NCBI GenBank assembly: GCA_951406725.2
Contig: OX597833.1
Location: 15,376,001-15,440,000, forward strand
Source: Octopus vulgaris
Taxonomy: Eukaryota
Length of the DNA stretch: 64,000 nt
Reading direction: 5' to 3'
This document shows positions 14,645 through 27,560 of this stretch, one piece after another. Position numbers and translations under genes: made by a program. Position 1 is the stretch's first letter, and each line of letters opens with the position of its first letter. The notes below the pieces were generated by a model that saw only the letters and a program-made list of their open reading frames with translations, had not been told where the DNA came from and made no database searches.

Positions 14645-14842
14645 AAAAGAAAGAAAGAGATCTCAATATTATGTTAATAGAGGAAATTTATCTGTAAATT
14701 AATATGTGACAATTCGGTGGCCAAGATAAAACTCTGAGTTTCGGATGCCGAGGTGGAAATCCACTCCAACATCTCTTCGGTTATCCGAAACTCTGAGTTT
14801 TATCTTGGCTACCGAATAATTGTCACATATTATTTTACAGAT
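14645..14842 (-). mobile_element. Hammerhead-bearing foldback element in (TA)n (same family as 43053-43319)
   Basis: ~55-bp inverted arms around a ~36-nt spacer; near-identical upstream leader to 43078-43130. Confidence 0.8.
14724..14786 (-). ncRNA. Type I minimal hammerhead ribozyme (U4C)
   Basis: gataa-CCGAAGA-gatg[insert with gtgga/tccac hairpin]catc-c-GAAA-ctc a gag-TT-ttatc. Confidence 0.7.
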
Positions 14843-14861
14843 ATATATATACACACATTCA

Positions 14862-14909
<48 letters not shown>

Positions 14910-14913
<4 letters not shown>

Positions 14914-15291
14914 AAGCACTCCGTCGGTTACAACGACGAGGGTTCCGGTTGATCCGAATCAACGGAACAGCCTGCTCATGAAATTAACGTGTAAGTGGCT
15001 GAGCACTCCACAGACATGTGTACCCTTAACGTAGTTCTCGGGGATATTCAGCGTGACACAGAGAGTGACAAGGCCGGCCCCTTGAAATACAGGTACAACA
15101 GAAACAGGAAGTAAGAGTGAGAGAAAGTTGTGGTGAAAGAGTACAGCAGGGATCACCACCATCCCTGCCGGAGCCTCGTGGAGCTTTTAGGTGTTTTCGC
15201 TCAATAAACACTCACAACGCCCGGTCTGGGAATCGAAACCGCGATCCTATGACCGCGAGTCCGCTACCCTAACCACTGAGCCATTGCGCCT

Positions 15292-15294
<3 letters not shown>
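14910..15294 (-). mobile_element. SINE family B
   Basis: Near-identical to 8955-9347; flanked by (TA)n. Confidence 0.92.
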
Positions 15295-15380
<86 letters not shown>

Positions 15381-15407
15381 TATGTATATATATATATAAA
15401 TATATGT

Positions 15408-15483
<76 letters not shown>

Positions 15484-16176
15484 CCAAGAATAAGTTCATT
15501 GCGCCATCTTTTATTTCATTTTCGTTTCTTTTATTTGGTGAATTGAAAAATATTTACTTTGTGTCGTTACACGAATTAAAACTCTCGTGGAATCATCCAG
15601 TGGATAAACAAAGATTTTCTAATTGACTTATCCTAAAAGTGGTTTGTAAACAATTTGTCACAACATAGAAGTGTGCATTGGAAAAAGAAAACACTGTTAA
15701 CAGAAGGAAAGCAAACATCTGAAACGACATATTTAATGTTTATTCAAACTAATTGGCGTATAAGCTAACTAGGCCTAATATTTGTGAATCTATTATGTAA
15801 GGCATCGCCGACCGCGTGCGTATGTGTATGCGTATATGCGTACAAATGTGTGTCTATTTTCGAGTAGAACTGAAATAAATATATAAACATACATACATGC
15901 ATACAATAACACACGTGTGTATGTGTGTGTCTGTGTGTGTAGGCGTGTGTAGGTGTGTGTATAGAAATAATTTAATTTCATTTCAGCATTTGCATGTAGC
16001 GACATTTCTATAATCGCACACATATGTAAGAGGCTAATTGTTCCTGAAAAGGCATAAAAAGAATACTTACACATGCATTCGTAGATAAGGAGAAACATGT
16101 GAATATTATAGAAATATGTAATAACTTAATACAGAATTAATATTTCTATATTCTTTACACTGATACGATTAATACA

Positions 16177-16565
16177 GTGGATGCGCAATGGCCCAGTGGT
16201 TAGGGCAGCGGACTCGCGGTCGTAGGATCGCGGTTTCGATTCCCAGACCGGGCGTTGTGAGTGTTTATTGAGCGAAAACACCTAAAGCTCCACGAGGCTC
16301 CGGCAGGGGATGGTGGTGATCCCTGCTGTACTCTTTCACCACAACTTTCTCTCACTCTTACTTCCTGTTTCTGTTGTACCTGTATTTCAAAGGGCCGGCC
16401 TTGTCACTCTCTGTGTCACCCTGAATATTCCCGAGAACTGCGTTAAGGGTACACGTGTCTGTGGAGTGCTCAGCCACTTACACGTTAATTTCACGAGCAG
16501 GCTGTTCCGTTGATCGGATCAACCGGAACCCTCGTCGTCGTAACCGACGGAGTGCTTCCATTCCC
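16177..16565 (+). mobile_element. SINE family B
   Basis: Full length; TSD ACGATTAATACA (16165-16176, 16566-16577). Confidence 0.92.
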
Positions 16566-16767
16566 ACGATTAATACAATACTGTTACTCAGAGTTTCACG
16601 TTCCCGTTCGTCTGACAGCTTTATTAGAATTCTAACGGGAACGTGAAACTCTGAGTAACAGTTTTTGTGATATTTCTGTTGTTTTTCAATAAAGCATATT
16701 ACTCTACCTGGTATTTGAGTACTCTTTTTTGGACTTTGTTTCACATTTACAAAATATTTTAAAATAA

Positions 16768-17137
16768 TTTTTACCTCCGCCTTAGCGAAGGCTGAAGTAT
16801 TATTTTCAGTCGTGCTTGTTTGTTTGTTTGGTTGTTCGTTGAAGGATACCTCATGAACCACTGGATGGATTCGAATATTTTCAGGAATGTACGGCCTCGT
16901 GACTAGTGCGAAGTGGTTAGATTTTGGTATCGATCTGGAACCGGACAAGGATTCAACATTTTCCTGTTTTTTTTTTACTTAATTTTTGAGAGCAGTCGGG
17001 TTCATTTTAGTATTCTCGTTTGTAAGAGCTGTCGAGTTTATTTCAGATATTCTTATTTCATAAACCATCTCTGGCTAATCGTTGGGAAGACGTTGGTGTT
17101 GCCTTGGCGGAGGTTTGCGCTCACTGAGTGCTCTTGT
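16768..17137 (+). mobile_element. Non-autonomous Helentron-type element (HINE/DINE-like)
   Basis: subTIRs ACCTCCGCC / GGCGGAGGT, internal (TTTG)n, 3' palindrome GCGCTCACTGAGTGC, T-rich flanks. Confidence 0.75.
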
Positions 17138-17563
17138 TTAATGTGTTCAGCATATTTAAAAGGCATAGAAATCTAAACAGAAAGTGAAACAAGAGAGGAG
17201 AAAGAGAAGGGGGAGAGAGAAAGAGAAGGAAAGAGAGAAAGAAAGTGAGAGAGAGTTTGGTTGTACAGAGATAATGTTTAATGAATTCCGTTTCGCTTTT
17301 CTTCCAAAATCTTCGCTGGTGGTTTCTTCACCATTTAAACTCTTCTGATTATTCAGGGTAAATTATTGCAATCTAACATTTCATTTCTTTGTATTCCCAG
17401 GTCTCAACAATAATAACGTTTTGTGCATGCGGTTGTTTGTATGTGCCTCCGAATGTGCGTGTTTTGGAATGCATTAATTACTGTGATTTACACACTTTCT
17501 TCAAGGCATTCAAGTGAGAATACACTTGATAAGTCTGCTCATCATTTTGTAAATCCACTATTA

Positions 17564-17947
17564 TGAAGCACTCCGTCGGTTACGACGACGAGGGTTCCGG
17601 TTGATCCGAATCAACGGAACAGCCTGCTCGTGAAATTAACGTGTAAGTGGCTGAGCACTCCACAGACACGTGTACTCTTAACGCAGTTCTCGGGGATATT
17701 CAGCGTGACACAGAGAGTGACAAGGCCGGCCCCTTGAAATACAGGTACAACAGAAACAGGAAGTAAGAGTGAGAGAAAGTTGTGGTGAAAGAGTACAGCA
17801 GGGATCACCACCATCCCCTGCCGGAGCCTCGTGGAGCTTTTAGGTGTTTTCGCTCAATAAACACTCACAACGCCCGGTCTGGCAATCGAAACCGCGATCC
17901 TATGACGCGAGTCCGCTGCCCTAACCACTGGGCCATTGCGGCTCCAC
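17564..17947 (-). mobile_element. SINE family B
   Basis: TSD AAATCCACTATTA (17551-17563, 17948-17960). Confidence 0.92.
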
Positions 17948-18084
17948 AAATCCACTATTAATGACTGCGATGGCTGGATCTCTTCCTTTTGGAATTGTAA
18001 TTTACATTCTTCTATTTTTTATTCAACGCATAGCATTACATTCCACGCGTAACTGAGGTACTACAAACCAATCATTTTTTATAC

Positions 18085-18370
18085 ACCCTTTTCAAGCCTA
18101 GCCAGGCTCGTGGGCCCGTTTTCCCGATTTCTGTGTTCCCCCCAGCTGGACGGGACGCCAGTCCATCGCAGCGTTACTCAAGAAACAGGAATAGTTAGAG
18201 AAAGTTGTGATGAAAGAGTACAACAGGGGTTGCCACCCCCCACTACCGGAGCCTCGTGGAGCTTTAGATGTTTTCGCTCAATAAACACACGCAACGCCCG
18301 GTCTGGGAATCGAAACCCCAATCCTCCGACCGCGAGTCCGCTACCCTAACTACTGGGCCATTGCGTCTCG
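18085..18370 (-). mobile_element. Chimeric SINE: family-B head plus alternative tail (CTGCGATGGACTGGCGTCCCGTCCAG)
   Basis: Matches B up to TTCCTGTTTCT, then switches to the tail shared with 35291, 45863, 53221 and 54640. Confidence 0.8.
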
Positions 18371-18963
18371 ACTTACATACCAATCATAATGGCTTCAAAT
18401 TTTAAAACTATTTCGGTAATTCTAAGAGGAAGGGTTGTTGACTACGTCAAACACAGTCCTTGAATAGTACTTAATTTCGGCACCGGGATGAGTAAAGAAA
18501 GTCTTGTATTCGGAAGGTAAAATTCCGAAATAAATGCCGCTAAACATTTTAACCGACTCACTGGAGATTATACGATCTCGCTACTGTATTATCAGTAAAA
18601 TCAGAGACTGCATAAATCCGCTTATGGCAGGTGAAGCAAATGAATCCATTCTTTATCTGTTATCTCACAGTCATTTTCTCTTTTCCTCTAATCCTCTGAC
18701 TAAATTCTCTGATAGGAAGATACCCTGTGGTGCTTAAATATTCCTGGATTTCTGGATACCATGAAAGGTCTTATTGAAGGCCCAACATTTTGAGTTCTTT
18801 TACAAGGCTTAGAAAAAAGGACAACGATGACTATGTGAGTCTGAGAAGAAAATATGTTGAATAAATCATAATTAACTGATCCCCTTGTATTTTCTTTTTT
18901 ACAAAGCCAGTAAGTTATCGACACCAGTTTTTATGTGTGTGTGAAGGGGTACATATATATATG

Positions 18964-19024
<61 letters not shown>

Positions 19025-19089
19025 TTATATATTCATATATATATATACATGTATATATGCATATATACATACATACATATATATATATA

Positions 19090-19132
<43 letters not shown>

Positions 19133-20996
19133 CAACAAGATATATAATTACTAAGTTTCGTTTCTCCATTTAGGAATCGAAAACTAAAATATGGCTGCAA
19201 ATAGATGGGCTCAAATAAAAGAAAATCGAGACGAATGATAAACTCAATAGTTAAAAAATAAACATCAAAATTGTGCAAACAACTTTATATCAACCCCATA
19301 TATTCACACCGTCGAACATAAATAAATACATATCAAAATACCAAGGCGTTCAACACACAAAACACGAAGGTATAAGAATATATATATCTATATATATATT
19401 TGCATATAAAACGTGTGAAGTGTAGAATTACAGTTTACGTCAGAGGTTATTGTATGGTTGAATGTAATGAAGTCGGTAAAAGTGAAAGTGAAACTATAAC
19501 TACATTTTAATAACGTTGGAAAGAAGAAAAGGTACAACGAAGATATTAATGGTGAGATATATTTGGTTATTATCATCAAACACTACTTCAACTTTGATAA
19601 GAAAAAACTTTTAATTAACTTTATAATGAGAAATTGTGTCTAATTTTCTTTTGGTTTATGATGTATGTGGTATTCTGTAATGTAAACAGTGAAACCGATA
19701 ATAGGAATTTATATATCCCCGTAAAAGAAAAGTATATTCTATTCCATATGATTTAAACAATCTCGAGTAAAGGCAGATTAAAGTCGATATATCAGAGTAG
19801 TTTCGATAAATATTTTGATCAAATCGAAAATTCTTACATAATTTGTACGAAAACAACGATTAAATTCTTAAAAGGTGAGAAATGAAGGAAAAATTATATA
19901 TTTCACAGACGAACATAGACTAGCTTTCCCGGTGTGAATCGGAAGAGTTTATAATATGATGAACAGATATATACATATTGTACGATTTAGAAAAATTGAT
20001 TATAAACATCGAGGAATATGCAATACTATTAAATTTATGGATGTGTATAAAATTTCATGCTTTAATATAATAACTAGTAACCAAGGGTCAACTCAGAGAA
20101 ATGACTGAGAAACAATATTTTGAATTAATATCTAAATAGATGAAATACCTTGTGTTGATTAGCAGTATCTTATGCTTAGTACCTTCTGTATATTAAAGTT
20201 TTTCTTCAATAAATCTCCCTAGCTTGCAGGAAATGGAAATAGGTATGGGGAATATACATAACAAGATCTTACAGGAAATGGATATTTATTAATTAATAAA
20301 AGAAATTACCAGTTAAGAAGAAACGCAATTTATAATGTGTGGAGCTGGAATTTTATTAAAGTTTTCTTCTTTTTAAAAGCGGTTATTATGTAAAAGGGTT
20401 ATTACAATAGAAATAAATATCAAGCAATTTAGAAATTTTACGAGAAAATTGGAAATTGGCATTAAAAAATGAGATTATATACAGCATAGTCTCAATCGTA
20501 ATGGATTTTTATAAATAAGTAGAGGGAAAATTACCAGCTAACAAGAAACGCGATTTCTAATATATAGAACTGGAATTTTATTGATTAAAAAAGGTTTATA
20601 CATAAATGAGTTATTACAATAAAAATATATATCAAAGGGAATCAAATTTTTTGTGAGAAAGCAAATAGATATGGAATAGATGAAAGACTTGATTTAAGGA
20701 TTCTCGATCTATTAGTTTTAGTTTGTAAATCAAAAGGGAGTGATTATTATAAAGATCAGTTGAACATTTTAAGGAGAATAGAGTTATTAAAATGTATTTT
20801 CAAAAACCACAGTAGTTTAGGATATATTCACAATCTACTATACATGTGCCAGCAAGCATTTGATATAATGGCATCTGTAAAGTGTCGTGCATAGAATACG
20901 ACGTTTCAAATAATTTATATTTAGGGTATTTTATATACTTAATAAAAAGACCGCTTATACATATGCTCATACACATATGTATGTATGCAAGTATAC

Positions 20997-21054
<58 letters not shown>

Positions 21055-21057
<3 letters not shown>

Positions 21058-21775
21058 AATTGAGATAGGGGTTGTAAATGCAACCCTCCATGGGATAAAA
21101 AAGGAAAAAAGAAAATACACAGACTTTACACAGTTTTAATATAATTTTTAATATATCGACCGGTTTCGTTTTCGCTATTCATGATAATAAGGTTTACTTC
21201 TTTGAATATGTATTTTCGTAAGAAGAAATTTTTGTCCATTCTGTGTGTGATGATATTTACGTGTAAATGACTTCACAGGTAGAAAAATAAGGGGAAGTAA
21301 TTGGTTTTCGTTATTATTGTTATTGTTGTGGGCAAGGTAGTTAACTGTTCATCTTTCGGTAAGGGGAGGGGAATATATATACACACACGCAAAAAAAAAA
21401 GGTTTCGAAAAACTTGCTTAGTGAGGGAATTTATGTACAGTGATGTAATCGTGAATTGAAATATGTAAAATGATAAAAGTTGGTTATGCGTGAATATTAA
21501 GACGCATTCTGTATTTGTCAATGAAAAAAGTAGCTTTATTTAAATTGTCTTGTGCGGAAATTGTGTTTTTGCACTGGTAGAAAGGGAAGACTGTGAAATT
21601 TGGTATGATGTTAACTGGAAATTTTTCTATATGTTCACTGAGAGGAACTTGCCTGTATTGCGGGAAACGCATTTTTAGAATGGTTCTCTGCCTCAAGGCC
21701 ATACTCGTCTGTCCAATATAGTTGCGTCCGCAAACCGAGCAGGTTATTACACAAATTAGGTTCTCAGAGGGGTCA
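21055..21775 (-). mobile_element. Penelope-like element 3' end (GIY-YIG, pLTR) abutting (TA)n
   Basis: Minus strand SENLICVITCSVCGRNYIGQTSMALRQR...PLSEHI...LNIHA*; downstream GAAACCGGTC hammerhead 3' half at ~21158-21167. Confidence 0.8.
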
Positions 21776-22349
21776 CCCAGTCTAACACAATCACCGGTCT
21801 AATATCTATTCATTAACTTATTTATTGTTACTAAAACTTTCCTTGCGTCTTTCAAACTTTTCGGTACTCGTTGACCGATGAGTTTGTTAAATTAATAAGG
21901 CACAAAACGAGAATTACTTTCCACAGACACAATAAAATATGCTTCAACATACCAATTCCCATAAATAATCTTGCAAACCAATTACAAACATGAAATTAAA
22001 TATCACATTTTCCCATGTCTAAGTTTGAATCGTTTGAGCGCTAGTATGAGTCTCCTATACTGAGCATCTCTATGTTTCCTTATTCATTATACAGGGTTAG
22101 CCAAAAGTTACCCGACAGTAAATCAAAATTCCATAAATACTATCTGTAATTCTGAATTGACTGGAATGGGAAAATGTTTCTCTAAACAAGGACTTCAGTT
22201 TGAAAAATTTCCATATTGTTTCATATTTAGAAGCTTTTGTTAAATTCATTCAGTTGTTAAACATATATAAATCTTGGAAATAAATAGGTTTTGATTTATT
22301 CTCATGTGACGTTTATGATATATATATATATATATATATACACATTTGT

Positions 22350-22485
22350 TCTTTTATTCTTTTACCGCCGGGGTCGAACAAATCCCTTCACCAGCACTTT
22401 CTACCGGTCTCTTGTCCCTAATAGGTAAGTAAACATACCAACATCCGTTGTCAAGCGATGGTGAAGAGACAAGCACGCGCGCACT

Positions 22486-22551
<66 letters not shown>

Positions 22552-22682
22552 TATATGACGGGATTCTTTCAGTTTACGTCCATCAAATGTTCTCACAAGG
22601 TTTGGTCAACTCGAGGCTAAAGTAGAAGACACCTGGCTAAGATGGCCGGGTGTGGGATTGAACCCAGAAGCACGTGGTTGGA
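22350..22682 (-). mobile_element. Diverged SINE family C with internal (TA)n
   Basis: Similarity to 35991-36440. Confidence 0.65.
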
Positions 22683-22685
22683 AAT

Positions 22686-22717
<32 letters not shown>

Positions 22718-22719
22718 AA

Positions 22720-22912
22720 TAACAATACGGTAATTAGAAATTATTATTACCAGTGGCCTTTGCTGTAAATAGTTAGAAACCATGGTCTGGGAAATACTTG
22801 AGATGATAAACGTTTTTAATTTTCATTCCTCTCGAGAATTTATTCTTAGTAGGTGGTTTTGAGTTTTCTACTGCTCTTTCAAGCACAAGGCTTTCCTATT
22901 TGGAAGCCTCTT
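22720..22912 (+). repeat. (TA)n-embedded interspersed repeat, pLTR-like
   Basis: GAGTTTTCTACTGCTCTTT..AGCACAAGGCTTTCCTATTTGGAAG shared with 24880-25005 and 25155-25467. Confidence 0.7.
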
Positions 22913-23766
22913 ATATATATATATATGTATATATGTATGTATGTATGTATGTATATATGTATGTATGTATGTATGTATACATACATACATACATACATAC
23001 ATACATACATACATACATACATACATACATACATACATACATACATACATACATACATACATACATCAGCTAATGCTTTACTATTGGTTAAATTCATGTG
23101 TGTTGGGCAGTGGAACAAATTAATCTAAAGAATGTGTATTCAGAAGCCGTAAGATATCAGTGTGAGAAAAGAATAGGTGTACGTAGATATATTCATTGCT
23201 ATATCAGCTGAAAATCGCCAAAATGTAAGATATCAACACGGAAGAAAAACAGACATCGAACAGAATAGGTTTCCTAATGGTGTATAACCGTATATCATAA
23301 AAAAGTAATCTACTTTGAAAAACATTGAAAAATATACAGCAGTGAAACAAAGAACGAATCGTTAAGAAAATAATTCAACGATTACAAAAAGAAATAATGT
23401 AATGATGTATGGATGGAAATCTTAGTGGTAACATTAAGGAAACCTTATAAAATTGACTTCAAGCTAAATGATAATATATGGTTGAAAGCTGAAATGAATA
23501 TAATAATGAGATATAATATGACGCTAGTAACTGGAGAAACATATTGGTTTATTCTTGAGGGCAAAAGTTCGCCTCCTAAATTTCTCTCTGATAAAGTGGA
23601 TGACTTCTATGGATTCAATATTTAACGTAGCTAACACAAACACACTAAACATACTCGGAGATAGACGCACACTACACACACACACATATATGTATATGTA
23701 TGTATGTATATATATATGTGTATATATATATATGTGTGTGTGCATATGTATATGTATATGTATATG

Positions 23767-23804
<38 letters not shown>

Positions 23805-23971
23805 GGTTGTATACTGTCAATCTAACAAGAACTTGACAGTAGGGGTACACCACCGTTATATAGCCCTAGGAGGCATCGAACGCCTCCTGACAGCTTCGAC
23901 ACATTTTATCCTGTGTCCTTATATACACATACGAAGGGGAGACAAACACCCCCAACTGCCGGAACTGCTAC

Positions 23972-24017
23972 TCTAGGCCGATGAAGGACAATGATCCTGA
24001 AGCACGGTGTCCCTAGA
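23972..24017 (+). ncRNA. Type I minimal hammerhead ribozyme, copy 1 (U4C, A15.1G)
   Basis: tctagg-CCGATGA-agga caatga tcct-GAAG-cac g gtg-TC-cctaga; predicted cut after 24011. Confidence 0.8.
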
Positions 24018-24335
24018 TGCAGTTCCGGCAGTTGGGGGTGTTTGTCTCCCCTTCGTATGTGTATATAAGGACACAGGATAAAATGTGTCGAAGCTGTCAG
24101 GAGGCGTTCGATGCCTCCTAGGGCTATATAACGGTGGTGTACCCCCTACTGTCACGTTCTTGTTAGATTGACAGTATACAACCATTATATCGCTCCACCA
24201 CCGTACACCTCTCTACGAGAGATTTAGAAACTCAATATTTCTTATTTTGATAATCAGTGAATAGACTTCACTGACTCTCGATATATACAGATACGAAGTC
24301 GAGACAGACATCGCCAGCTGACCGGTGTCTGCTAC

Positions 24336-24381
24336 TCTAGGCCGATGAAGGACAATGATCTTGAAACACGGTGTCCCTAGA
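24336..24381 (+). ncRNA. Type I minimal hammerhead ribozyme, copy 2 (U4C)
   Basis: tctagg-CCGATGA-agga caatga tctt-GAAA-cac g gtg-TC-cctaga; predicted cut after 24375. Confidence 0.87.
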
Positions 24382-24604
24382 TGCAGTTCCGGCAGTTGGG
24401 GGTGTTTGTCTCCCCTTCGTATGTGTATATAAGGACACAGGATAAAATGTGTCGAAGCTGTCAGGAGGCGTTCGATGCCTCCTAGGGCTATATAACGGTG
24501 GTGTACCCCCTACTGTCACGTTCTTGTTAGATTGACAGTATACAACCATTATATCGCTCCACCACCGTACACCTCTCTACGAGAGATTTAGAAACTCAAT
24601 ATTT

Positions 24605-24658
<54 letters not shown>

Positions 24659-24791
24659 AGGTAGTTGGCAATCCTAATTTTCACTAAATATGACTGCGAT
24701 GTTAGAAACGCCTACATTGCTGGAAATAAGAGATAGGATTTTCGAATTCTGTTCTCAACGTATGTATCTGACCTTAACCGTCCGATACATA

Positions 24792-24857
<66 letters not shown>

Positions 24858-25010
24858 GTGTATATATATATACATATATAATAAACGTTACCAAACGTTT
24901 TCAATTTTCATTCCTTTCGTGAATTTATCCTTTTTTGTGGTCTTGAGATTTCTATTGCTCTTTCTAGCACAACGCTTTCCTATATTGGAAGTCTCTTATT
25001 GTTTATACTT

Positions 25011-25061
<51 letters not shown>

Positions 25062-25154
25062 ATATATATGCATATATATGTATATCTATATATATATAGA
25101 TATAAACATAGATACATATATATATATATACGTACACACACATATATATATATA

Positions 25155-25467
25155 ATATTAGGGTGATAAGAATTATAGAAATTATTATTAGCAGTGGGCT
25201 TAGCACAAAAAATATGCTATATATTATTCATATAAAAATATCGTGTACAATAGAATACATTCAGAGGTTTTCCAAATAGGAAAGCCTTGTGCTAGAAAGA
25301 GCAGTAGAAAACTCAAACCACTTATTATGGATAAATTCTCGTTTTTAATGTTCAATCCTTTCGGGAACTTATCCATAATTAGTGGTTTGAGTTTTCTACT
25401 GCTCTTTCTAGCACAAGGCTTTCCTATTTGTAATCTTCTTAAGTGTGTTCAAATGTACACGATATTT
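25155..25467. repeat. Foldback copy of the 22720-family repeat between (TA)n tracts
   Basis: ~105-bp inverted arms 25237-25341 / 25362-25467. Confidence 0.8.
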
Positions 25468-25621
25468 ATATATATATATATATATAAATATATATACACA
25501 CACACATACATATATATATATATGTATATATAAATATATATATATATGTATATATAAATATATATATATATATATATGTGTGTGTATATATAAATATATA
25601 TGTGTGTGTGCGTATATATAA

Positions 25622-25687
<66 letters not shown>

Positions 25688-26566
25688 GGTACTGTCAATC
25701 CAGCGTGAATACTGCATGTACATATGTATTTATAGTTGTGAAAAGAAAATAAACTCAAAATGGGCAGATGGATGAACTATGAACGTCGCCTAAAAATGTG
25801 GGATCATAAAGGCATGTTTCAGTCATAGGGTAAATTGGGATGGTATACCGTAGGGTGGAAGATGACATTTATCATTTCTGTGTCGTGTAGTGGACAACCC
25901 AATACAAGCCGAGAGGTTGAAGCAAGGATAATAAAATATTGTACAATGTGACGGTACAATACAAGAAGTCAAAATAACTTAAATGAATGATGTGAAAATT
26001 TAGACTTTTTTTGCATAGGTTGCAGAGATGAAAATGGACAACCGAATCGAGATAGAAAAAACTTAGTATTTATTTTGAGAAGAATGAATGCAAGGTATGG
26101 TTAGCGCAGAAAGAGGTGTGCTTCGGGGTTAGGGAAGTATGTAACGTTAAGTATGAATATACGGCAAGTTTGAAGGATTAAAGTGGAGAGTGGTATCGAA
26201 GATTTCGTGGTGCGACACAGAACAGTCAGAGCAATTTATTGTAAAACATGTGATCTTATCAGAGTTCACGTATGCGTGTGTGGATGAGGGTCTGTAAAGA
26301 ATAAAGGGTTGGGCGAGTGTGAGTGTGTGCGTGTGTCTGTGTGTTTGTGTGTGTCTGTGTCTTGCATATATGTGCATATGCGTGTTGAAGTGAAGGGAGC
26401 GAATAGCGGACGTGTGAGAGAATTCATGTCGAGCGCGTGATTGAGTGTGGCTGTGTGTACGGATATATGAAAAGTAGATGGCTGATGGTGTGCGTGTGTA
26501 TATGCGCCACTGTGCCTGTGTGTGTATGTGTCTGTTTGTGTGTGTGTGAGTGTATTTGTCATTACC

Positions 26567-26799
26567 TATTTCTTTATTATCCACAAGGGCTAAACACAGA
26601 GGGGACAAACAAGGACAGACATAGGTATTAAGTCGATTACACCGATCCCAGTGCGTAACTGGTACTTAATTTATCGACCCCGAAAGGATGAAAGGCAAAG
26701 TCGACCTCGGCGGAATTTAAACTCAGAACGTAACGGCAGACGAAATACCGCAAAGCATTTCGCCCGGCGTGCTAACGATTCTGCCAGCTAACCGCCTTA
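26567..26799 (-). mobile_element. SINE family A
   Basis: 15-bp TSD GTATTTGTCATTACC (26552-26566, 26800-26814). Confidence 0.92.
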
Positions 26800-26879
26800 G
26801 TATTTGTCATTACCATCCGCGTGCATACATATATATAGGCTTACGTGATAGACGTAAATTTGTAAGGAAATGGTGCCCA

Positions 26880-27560
26880 AAGTTAGGTTTGTATAGGATG
26901 AAGCTCTGTTTGAGTGTAGAACGTGATAAGTGAAGATGGATGGTGTGACTTGCGTAAATGGAGGTGGTGTGTTATGATGTGCGGTATAGGAGAAAAGTGT
27001 GTAGTGGATGCAAATGGGTTTGTAGTGGAAGCGGTGATAAATGAAGCAGAAGGAAAAGGATTATAGATCTGGAGCAAGCAGAGGGAATGCGCAGGTTAGA
27101 ATAAGCGACAGAGTGCATTAAGATCAAAAGCGCGTATGTTCTGGGAATAAAGATAATTTGATGTTTCTCTGAAAGCGACTGGTGGGTGATCTAGTGTTGG
27201 AAATCATACTGAAGACTGTAAGACGGTCTATTAAATGTTCACTGGAGCGAGAATGTCGAAAGACTTGCGACGCGCTGTAAAGTCGGCTGCACCTGAGGGA
27301 ATTCGTGATCCGTGGATGGATGCCGTCTGTTTCACTCGATGAGATTGTGGCGTGTATTAGAATTTCGTATACTAGAATATCAAATGTGGAAGGCGTGTTC
27401 GTTGGATCAGAGAAGTATAGTGCTCTTGTAAGGGAAATTGCCGATATGGAAAGGCTTATTGGAGAGGTGAAACTGTTTTCCTGTGGTTGTGTGTTTTGTG
27501 GGTGCACTTACGATAGTATAAGTGAGAAAAGTAAGAAACGATAGATAGCAGGATTAGATG
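26880..27560 (-). mobile_element. Possible highly decayed Penelope-like linker/endonuclease region
   Basis: Broken motifs on the minus strand (..SDPTNT.., GIHP..SLRC) resembling the PLE RT-EN linker; weak. Confidence 0.3.

Larger units (their letters stand above)
23801..24610 (+). mobile_element. Retrozyme/pLTR-like element: 5' inverted copy plus 1.8 tandem 364-nt units, each with a hammerhead, inside (TA)n
   Basis: 23801-23968 is the reverse complement of 24019-24187; 23965-24245 repeats at 24329-24609 (period 364). Confidence 0.9.

Noticed and set aside
16177-16255. tRNA-like sequences with A and B boxes
   Set aside because: SINE heads continuing into repeat bodies; no intact cloverleaf or Pol III terminator
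20290-20660. Diverged ~225-bp tandem duplication in AT-rich sequence
   Set aside because: Present but old and without interpretable features
23973-24549. Duplicated 70-aa ORF MVVYCQSNK...
   Set aside because: Antisense to the hammerhead unit, no recognisable domain, and frameshifted in the inverted copy; RNA structure explains the sequence better
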